Shown: one piece after another, positions 57,963-64,000 of the stretch | How positions within the stretch are numbered: the first letter of the stretch is position 1 | Layout: each line of letters starts with the position of its first letter | Assembly: GCA_001443455.1 (NCBI GenBank) | Contig: LDXO01000003.1 | Span: 1,062-65,061, forward strand | Source: Deltaproteobacteria bacterium CSP1-8 | GTDB taxonomy: Bacteria > Desulfobacterota > Deferrimicrobia > Deferrimicrobiales > Deferrimicrobiaceae | Direction: 5' to 3' | DNA length: 64,000 nt | The notes under the pieces: generated by a model | Told to the model about the DNA's origin: nothing | Databases searched by the model: none | What the model saw: only the letters and a program-made list of their open reading frames with translations | Program-made: the position numbers and the translations under genes

Positions 57963-58697
57963 GTGAGGCTCGCGGTCGTATCGGATATCCACTCGAACGG
58001 GGACGCCCTCGAGGCCGTCGCCCGGGAGATCGATCGTCAGGGCGTCGACCGGGTGATCCATGCAGGAGACCTTGTCGGGTACAACGCCGAGCCCGAGGCG
58101 TGCGTCCGGTGGGCCAGGGAGAACGCAGCGGGGGTCGTCGGCAACCACGATGCCGTGGTGAGCGGGAAGTCGAGCGGGGAGTTCTTCCACGCGCCGGCCC
58201 TGCTCGCCGCACAGTGGTCCGCGGAGCACATCTCTCCCGACTCGATGGCGTACCTCGCGGGGCTTCCGGAGAGCCTCCGGCTTCCCGAGGGGATCCTTCT
58301 CGTCCACGGCGCCCCCTCCGACCCGGACCGCTATCTTTTCCTTCTCGAGGATGCCGAGGAGGAGATCGACATGCTGTCCGGCGTCTCCTCGCCCCGCGTG
58401 GTGTTCTTCGGGCATACCCACGTGCCCGCGGCCTTTGTCCGGAGGAAGGACGGGAGCACCGTCTCCGTCCCCCTGGAAGGACTGCAGATCGGGGAGGGGG
58501 AAACGGCGATGCTGAACCCCGGGAGCGTCGGCCAGCCGCGCGACCGGAACCCTCTCGCCTCGTTCCTGGTGTTCGACACGCGCACCGGCGAGGCCTCCTG
58601 GATCCGCGTGCCGTACGATGTGCGGTCCTGCCAGCGGAAGGTTCGAGACGCCGGACTTCCGAGGTTTTTCGCGGCGCGCCTGGCGGACGGGACGTGA
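57963..58697 (+). CDS. Metallophosphoesterase (calcineurin-like, YfcE/MJ0936-type)
   Basis: LAVVSDIHSN..VIHAGDLVGY..GNHD..LVHGAP..FFGHTHVP..LNPGSVGQPRD are the classic phosphoesterase motifs. Confidence 0.85.
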   Translation: MRLAVVSDIHSNGDALEAVAREIDRQGVDRVIHAGDLVGYNAEPEACVRWARENAAGVVGNHDAVVSGKSSGEFFHAPALLAAQWSAEHISPDSMAYLAGLPESLRLPEGILLVHGAPSDPDRYLFLLEDAEEEIDMLSGVSSPRVVFFGHTHVPAAFVRRKDGSTVSVPLEGLQIGEGETAMLNPGSVGQPRDRNPLASFLVFDTRTGEASWIRVPYDVRSCQRKVRDAGLPRFFAARLADGT

Positions 58698-59113
58698 GAC
58701 GCTGCCGGTACCGCCTCCTCGCGCACACGGCGGACCTCCTGCTGGAGGCCCGCGGCACGGATCTTCCCGGCCTGTTCTCCTCCTGCGTTCTCGCCCTTTT
58801 CTCGCTCCTCGCGGACAGGCGGACCGTGCGGGGGGCGAAGGTGCGCACCGCGGAAGTGACCGGCGACACCGCCGAGGAGCAGCTTTTTTTTCTGCTGCGC
58901 GAGGCTCTCCTGATGTTTTCCGCCCACAAGTTTCTCGCCCGGACCGCGCGTGTTACGATAAAGGGGAAACGGGTGACGTTGACGGTGGCGGGAGAGAACT
59001 ACGACTCCTCCCGACATCTCGTTGACCGGGAGATCAAGGCGGTGACGGCGCACGCCATGGTCGTGGAGAGGTCGCCTTGGGGATATCTCGCCCGTTTCGT
59101 GGTGGACGTGTAA
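58694..59113 (+). CDS. Archease (RtcB activator/chaperone)
   Basis: GTGA overlap with the upstream gene. YRLLAHTADLLLEARGTDLPGLF..REIKAVTAHAMVVE are archease N- and C-terminal signatures. Confidence 0.8.
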   Translation: MRRCRYRLLAHTADLLLEARGTDLPGLFSSCVLALFSLLADRRTVRGAKVRTAEVTGDTAEEQLFFLLREALLMFSAHKFLARTARVTIKGKRVTLTVAGENYDSSRHLVDREIKAVTAHAMVVERSPWGYLARFVVDV

Positions 59114-59163
59114 TCCCTGGCCCGGTCGAACGCGGCAAGACCGGCGGGAAAGGAGTGCCGGCC

Positions 59164-60612
59164 ATGCGGTTCCGGGACGTCGAGATCCGGAAATTGTCCG
59201 ACACGATGTGGGAGATCCCGCGCGAGGGGGGGATGCGGGTCCCCGGGCTCATCTTCGCCTCCGAGGCGATGATGGGAGACATTGTGCGCGACGAGGCCGT
59301 CCGCCAGGTCATGAACGTGGCCCACCTTCCCGGTATCCTGAAATGCAGCATCGGCATGCCGGACATCCACTGGGGGTACGGTTTTCCGATCGGGGGGGTG
59401 GCCGCGATGGACGCGGAGGAGGGAGTCGTCTCCCCCGGCGGAGTGGGGTACGACATCAACTGCGGAGTCCGTCTTCTCCGGTCCGACCTGACCGTCGACG
59501 TTCTGCGCCCCAAGCTCCGGGAGCTCGTGGGCGCCCTGCACCGCGAAGTCCCTTCGGGGGTCGGCTCGACGGGCTTTGTCCGCCTCACCGCGGCGGACGA
59601 GGAGAAAGTCCTGGTCGAAGGTTCCCGCTGGGCGGCCTCCCGGGGCTATGCGTCCGCGGAGGACATCGCCTGCACAGAGAGCGGGGGGAAGCTTCCGGAC
59701 GCGGACCCCGAGGCGGTCTCGGTCATCGCGAAGAAACGCGGGCGCAACCAGCTGGGGACGCTCGGGTCGGGGAACCACTTCCTCGAGATCGACGAGGTCG
59801 CGGAGGTGTTCGACGAAGAGGCCGCGCGGGCGTTCGGGCTCTTTCCCGGGCAGGCGGCCGTTCTCATCCACTCGGGATCCCGGGGGCTGGGGTACCAGGT
59901 CTGCGACGACTATCTGGTGACGATGGCCGATTACATGCGCCGGAACGCGATCGATCTTCCCGACCGGCAGCTCGCCTGCGCGCACATACGCTCCCCCGAG
60001 GGAAACCGGTACCTCTCCGCGCTGGCCGCGGCGGGCAACTACGCGTTCGCCAACCGGCAATTGCTGGCGCACCAGGCCCGGGAGACGTTCCTGCGGTTCC
60101 TGGGAATGGGGCCGAGCGATCTGGGGATGCGGTTGGTGTACGACTGCGGGCACAACAACGCCAAGTTCGAAGTGCACGAGGTTGCCGGGGCGAAGCGGAG
60201 GGTCCTCGTCCACCGGAAGGGCGCGACCCGCTGCTTCCCCGCGGGGAGCGCGGAGATCCCGGCAACATACCGCCACGTGGGACAGCCGGTGCTCATACCG
60301 GGCGAAATGGGGAACGCCTCCTTTGTCCTCGCGGGGTCGCCGGAGGCGATGCGCGTCTCGTTCGGCTCGACCTGCCACGGCGCGGGCCGCAGGATGAGCC
60401 GGACCCAGGCGAGGGCGAGCGTGCGGGGAAAGTCGATCGTCCAGGAGATGGAAAAACGCGGGGTGCTCGTCGCGTGCGCTTCCCACAAGACCCTTGCCGA
60501 GGAGATCCCGGAGGCCTACAAGGATGTGTCCGAAGTCGTCGCCGTCGTGCACGACGCGGGGATCGCGAGGAAGGTGGCAAGGCTCAGGCCCGTGGCGGTC
60601 GTGAAGGGATAG
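59164..60612 (+). CDS. rtcB: RNA-splicing ligase RtcB (3'-phosphate/5'-hydroxyl RNA ligase)
   Basis: MPDIHWGYGFPIGGV..PGGVGYDINCG..LGSGNHFLE..IHSGSRGLG..HNNA..HRKGAT..GEMG..STCHGAGR is the full set of RtcB active-site motifs. Confidence 0.93.
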   Translation: MRFRDVEIRKLSDTMWEIPREGGMRVPGLIFASEAMMGDIVRDEAVRQVMNVAHLPGILKCSIGMPDIHWGYGFPIGGVAAMDAEEGVVSPGGVGYDINCGVRLLRSDLTVDVLRPKLRELVGALHREVPSGVGSTGFVRLTAADEEKVLVEGSRWAASRGYASAEDIACTESGGKLPDADPEAVSVIAKKRGRNQLGTLGSGNHFLEIDEVAEVFDEEAARAFGLFPGQAAVLIHSGSRGLGYQVCDDYLVTMADYMRRNAIDLPDRQLACAHIRSPEGNRYLSALAAAGNYAFANRQLLAHQARETFLRFLGMGPSDLGMRLVYDCGHNNAKFEVHEVAGAKRRVLVHRKGATRCFPAGSAEIPATYRHVGQPVLIPGEMGNASFVLAGSPEAMRVSFGSTCHGAGRRMSRTQARASVRGKSIVQEMEKRGVLVACASHKTLAEEIPEAYKDVSEVVAVVHDAGIARKVARLRPVAVVKG

Positions 60613-60625
60613 GGGGAAACCGGGA

Positions 60626-61366
60626 ATGCCGGGCGCGTGGTTCGAGACGATATTCGACGAGAGGTACCCGGAGTTGTTCGGGCCGCTCGAGGGGAACGCC
60701 GAGAGGGAGGTGGAGGAGATCCTGGGTCTCCTCGCGGTTCCCCCCGGGTCGGCCGTGGAGGACCTGGGGTGCGGGCGGGGAAGGCACTCCATCCCGCTCG
60801 CCCGGCGGGGGTACGTGGTGACCGGCGTCGACCTTTCCGACAAGATGCTGGGCATCGCGCGCGCGCGGGCGCTCCGGGAGGGGGTCTCCGTGGAATGGCT
60901 GAGGGAGGACATGCGGGTGTTTCGCCGCCCCGGCGCGTTCGACCTGTGCCTCTCCCTGTTCACCTCCTTCGGGTTCTTCAACGACCGGGAGAACCAGCGG
61001 GTTCTGGACAACGTGGGCGTGAGCCTGAAGGAGGGGGGCATCCTGCTCCTCGATCTGAGGAACGCCGGGAAGGGGCTGTCGCGTCTCGAGGACTGGGACC
61101 AGACGATCGAGGTCCCTTCGGGAACACTTTGGATGTCGGTCCGGTTCAATCGCCGCACCATGCGTGCGACGGCGGAGCACGTGCTGACCCGACAGGACGG
61201 GATCCGGATTTCTTCCGCCTTCGACGTGCGGGTGTACTCGATGGATGAGCTCGGGATGATGCTCGGCAAGGCCGGGATGCGGGTGAAGAATTTCTTCGGC
61301 TCCCTGTCGGGGGACCCGTTTACGGACGAGTCCGGCCGGATGGTCATCGTATCCTCGAAAGAGTAG
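60626..61366 (+). CDS. Class I SAM-dependent methyltransferase
   Basis: VEDLGCGRGRHSIPLARRGYVVTGVDLSDKML (motif I), FDLCLSLFTSFGFF, LKEGGILLLD. Confidence 0.85.
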   Translation: MPGAWFETIFDERYPELFGPLEGNAEREVEEILGLLAVPPGSAVEDLGCGRGRHSIPLARRGYVVTGVDLSDKMLGIARARALREGVSVEWLREDMRVFRRPGAFDLCLSLFTSFGFFNDRENQRVLDNVGVSLKEGGILLLDLRNAGKGLSRLEDWDQTIEVPSGTLWMSVRFNRRTMRATAEHVLTRQDGIRISSAFDVRVYSMDELGMMLGKAGMRVKNFFGSLSGDPFTDESGRMVIVSSKE

Positions 61367-61397
61367 GGGCAGGTCATAGCGACCCGGGACGCTTCTC

Positions 61398-63425
61398 CTA
61401 CAGGAGTTCGTCGGGGGAAGGATGGGATGGGCCGATCCTTCTCCCGACAGGCGTCGTAGGGGGTACCGTTCCGACCCGGAAAGGGAGGAGGACCCCCTCG
61501 GAGGAGCCTGGGGGGAGAGCCGTGCCGGTCCCGGGGTCGACACGGGCGAAGGTGATTCCGGGGGGCACGGGGAAGTCCCGGTTGGGGAAGAGGAACAATA
61601 TCCTGCCCATGAAACGGATCCAGATGGGCAACGCCACACCGGCCGCCGACTCGCGGTCGCCCAGGGAGCGCGGCGTGTCGAAGCCGACCCATACCCCCGC
61701 CACGAGGTCGGGTGAGTACCCGATAAACCACGCATCCGTGTTTTCGTTCGTGGTGCCGGTCTTTCCGGCGAGGTAGTGTCCGAGCCCCCTCGCGGACCTG
61801 CCCGTCCCGCTGGAGACGACCTCCTGCATCATGCGGACCATGAGGTAGGCCGTGTCCGGGGAAATCGCCTGTTCGTTCGCGGGCATCGTCCTCTCCAGGA
61901 CGTTCCCGCGGGAGTCCCGCACCTCGCGCAGGAAAAACGGCGTAGGCCGCAGTCCCCCGTTGGCGAACGTCGCGTACGCCGTGCACATTTCCAGCAGGGT
62001 CACCCCCGAGGACCCCAATGCGATGGAAAGGTTCCGTTCGATCGGGGATTCGATGCCCAGCGCCTTCACCGTCTGGAGGACGGACCCGACGCCCACATCA
62101 TTCAGGAGCCGGATGGTCGCCAGGTTGCGGGACTTGGCCAGTGCCTCGATGAGCGGGATGGGGCCCAGGAACGTCCCGTCGTAATTTTTCGGCTTCCAGA
62201 TCTCCTCCTCGTTCCGGTCGAACTCGATCGGGGAGTCGTCCGTCATGGACACTACCGTTTTCCCGGTGGAAAGCGCCGCGGCATACACGAAGGGCTTGAA
62301 GGCCGACCCCGGCTGCCTTCTCGCCTGCAGCGCGCGGTTGAACTGCGACTGCGCGAAATCGGTCCCCCCCACCATCGCGAGGACGGCGCCGGTGCTCGGG
62401 TCGAGGGCTACGAACGCCCCCTGAAGCTCGTCGTACTTGTTCCGCTCCTCCGTGATCCTGATCCCTTCGATCAGCGCGTCGTGGGCCACCTCCTGCAGGC
62501 GCGAATCGATCGTCGTGTAGATGCGAAGCCCTTCCCGGTACAGGGACTCCGTCCCGTATTTTTCCGTCAGGTACATCCGGACCTGTTCGAGGAAGTAGGC
62601 CGCCTTCGACCGGAAGGTGGAAGGGGGTGCGAGGACGATCCTGGCCGCGTACGCCTGGTCGGCATCTGCCTGCGTGAGGAACCCCGCCTCGACCATCCTC
62701 CGGAGGACGTAGCGCTGCCTGCCCTTCGCGAGGTCGGGGTGGGTCCTCGGCGAGTAGCGGTTGGGTGCCTTGGGAAGGCCGGCGAGCAGTGCCCCCTCCG
62801 CCACCCCGAGTTCGCCCACTCCCTTCCCGAAGTACGTCCGCGCCGCCGCCTCCACCCCGTACACGCCCTCCCCGAGGAAGATCTGGTTCAGGTACAGGTA
62901 CAGGATCTCCTCCTTGCTCATCTTCCGCTCCATGCGGTAGGCGAGGATCAGTTCCTTGAGTTTTCGGCGGATGCTTTTTTCGTGGGTGAGAAAGAGGTTT
63001 TTCACCGTCTGCTGGGTGATGGTGCTTCCCCCCTGGGCGAAGCTGCCTCCCACGAGATCCTTGACGGCGGCGCGGGCGATCGCGGTCAGATCGACCCCCT
63101 TGTGCTGGAAGAAGTTGGCGTCCTCCGCCGCGACAAAGGCATTGACGATGTGGGTGGGGATCTGCCGGTAGGGGACGAGAGTCCTCTTCTCGAGGTAGAT
63201 TTCCCCCACCACCTTGTTGTAGCGGTCGTAGATCTTGGAGGAGATGCTCGGCCGGTACTCCTGGATCGACTCGAGGGAAGGGAAGGATCCGAACTTCGCG
63301 AGGAAGACGAGCCCGACCCCCGTTCCCAGGAAAAAGCAGAGGAGGAGGGTCCCCGCCAGGAGAAGCAACTTTTTCCGGGGACGACCCCCCGTATCGTCGT
63401 CGAACTCGAGCGGCAGAGACGTCAT
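61398..63425 (-). CDS. mrcA: Bifunctional class A penicillin-binding protein (PBP1A)
   Basis: N-terminal TM segment. GT51 motifs EDANFFQHKGVD, GGSTITQQ and RKLKE. Transpeptidase motifs SAFKP, SRN and KTGTT. Confidence 0.92.
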   Translation of the reverse strand: MTSLPLEFDDDTGGRPRKKLLLLAGTLLLCFFLGTGVGLVFLAKFGSFPSLESIQEYRPSISSKIYDRYNKVVGEIYLEKRTLVPYRQIPTHIVNAFVAAEDANFFQHKGVDLTAIARAAVKDLVGGSFAQGGSTITQQTVKNLFLTHEKSIRRKLKELILAYRMERKMSKEEILYLYLNQIFLGEGVYGVEAAARTYFGKGVGELGVAEGALLAGLPKAPNRYSPRTHPDLAKGRQRYVLRRMVEAGFLTQADADQAYAARIVLAPPSTFRSKAAYFLEQVRMYLTEKYGTESLYREGLRIYTTIDSRLQEVAHDALIEGIRITEERNKYDELQGAFVALDPSTGAVLAMVGGTDFAQSQFNRALQARRQPGSAFKPFVYAAALSTGKTVVSMTDDSPIEFDRNEEEIWKPKNYDGTFLGPIPLIEALAKSRNLATIRLLNDVGVGSVLQTVKALGIESPIERNLSIALGSSGVTLLEMCTAYATFANGGLRPTPFFLREVRDSRGNVLERTMPANEQAISPDTAYLMVRMMQEVVSSGTGRSARGLGHYLAGKTGTTNENTDAWFIGYSPDLVAGVWVGFDTPRSLGDRESAAGVALPIWIRFMGRILFLFPNRDFPVPPGITFARVDPGTGTALPPGSSEGVLLPFRVGTVPPTTPVGRRIGPSHPSPDELL

Positions 63426-63497
63426 CCCTTTTCCGTAATCACCGGCATGGTACGATAATTATCATACAAGCTGCCTCCTCAAGGGAAGGGTTCCGCG

Positions 63498-64000
63498 ATG
63501 CGACCGTTTGCCGGCGCCGCGCTCCTGGTCCTGTTTCTTGGCTCGGGGTGCGACTTCTCCTTTTCGCTTTCCGTCGTGAGCGATGACGGGTTGCCCTCCG
63601 CGTCTGCGGAAGTGATCAGCGATCCCGCGACGGACGGATTCGTGCGACAGGACGGGGCAGTGGTCACTACGTCTGCCATCCTTTGCGGGGTTGATGTCGC
63701 GGCGCCGCCTCCCTTTCCGGAGGACCGGGGGTTCCTCTCCTTCCCCCTTGGCGGGATCTCGCCCGGGGCGTTCATCGAGTCCGCCACCTTGACCTTCCAC
63801 GTCGACCGCGTGGACCTGCTTCCGGGAAGTGCGGACCTCGTCCTGGATCTCGATCATGTCCATTACGGTGACTCGCTCTCTTTTTCCGCCTTCTCCGGGG
63901 CGGGCGCCCCGGTGAAAGGCTTTCTCGCCGGCGTCCGGCTGGTTCCCTCGCCGGGGGCGCAGCAGGTCTCGGGGGACGTCGTTCCCGAGTTGCAGGCCGA
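63498..64000 (+). CDS. Hypothetical lipoprotein, 5' part; runs off the window end
   Basis: Own translation; absent from the ORF track because no stop lies in the window. MRPFAGAALLVLFLGSGCDFSFSLSVVSDDG.. shows a lipobox (LGSGC). AAGGGAAGGG lies upstream of the ATG. GC3-rich throughout. Confidence 0.55.
   Translation, partial: MRPFAGAALLVLFLGSGCDFSFSLSVVSDDGLPSASAEVISDPATDGFVRQDGAVVTTSAILCGVDVAAPPPFPEDRGFLSFPLGGISPGAFIESATLTFHVDRVDLLPGSADLVLDLDHVHYGDSLSFSAFSGAGAPVKGFLAGVRLVPSPGAQQVSGDVVPELQA

Overview
GC-rich bacterial chromosomal segment with strong GC3 bias. This bias makes long spurious antisense ORFs common in the supplied track. Gene content resembles an anaerobic Desulfuromonadota/Geobacter-like lineage, which is inference only.

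About 57 densely packed protein genes are present, many translationally coupled by ATGA/GTGA overlaps. The core housekeeping genes are:
- glgX (partial), dtd, gltB-gltD, tag, azoR
- ftsK, lolA-rimO, a dksA-family gene, ruvX-mltG
- one long same-strand cluster: pgpA, cinA-C/pncC, thpR, recA, pilT, recX, alaS
- bamD, a five-gene LIV-type ABC importer, pepA, hisG
- archaeal-type aroA'/aroB', tatA plus tatB-tatC, a PBP1A gene

I saw no rRNA, tRNA, CRISPR array, transposase or integrase.

Items worth a second look:
1. A cytoplasmic trypsin-like protease sits next to an ~815-aa HerA/FtsK-type ATPase that carries a +1 frameshift in a C6 run. The pair lies between glgX and dtd, after a 435-bp non-coding spacer, and has the architecture of a defence system.
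2. A family of non-coding foldback/TIR (MITE-like) elements has three copies. Two ~250-bp copies in inverted orientation bracket tatBC plus an activase/dehydratase-like gene pair. One 504-bp copy ends 3 nt before the ftsK start codon.
3. A radical SAM enzyme with a fused PqqD-like N-terminus follows an AhpD-like CxxC protein, and no precursor peptide is visible.
4. A PilT-type ATPase carries a textbook tandem MshEN c-di-GMP-binding motif. The window also holds a PAS-GGDEF cyclase and an HD-GYP/HEAT pair.
5. A metallophosphoesterase-archease-RtcB-methyltransferase cassette looks like an RNA repair module.

All functional calls come from reading the translated sequences against remembered family signatures. 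No database search was run.
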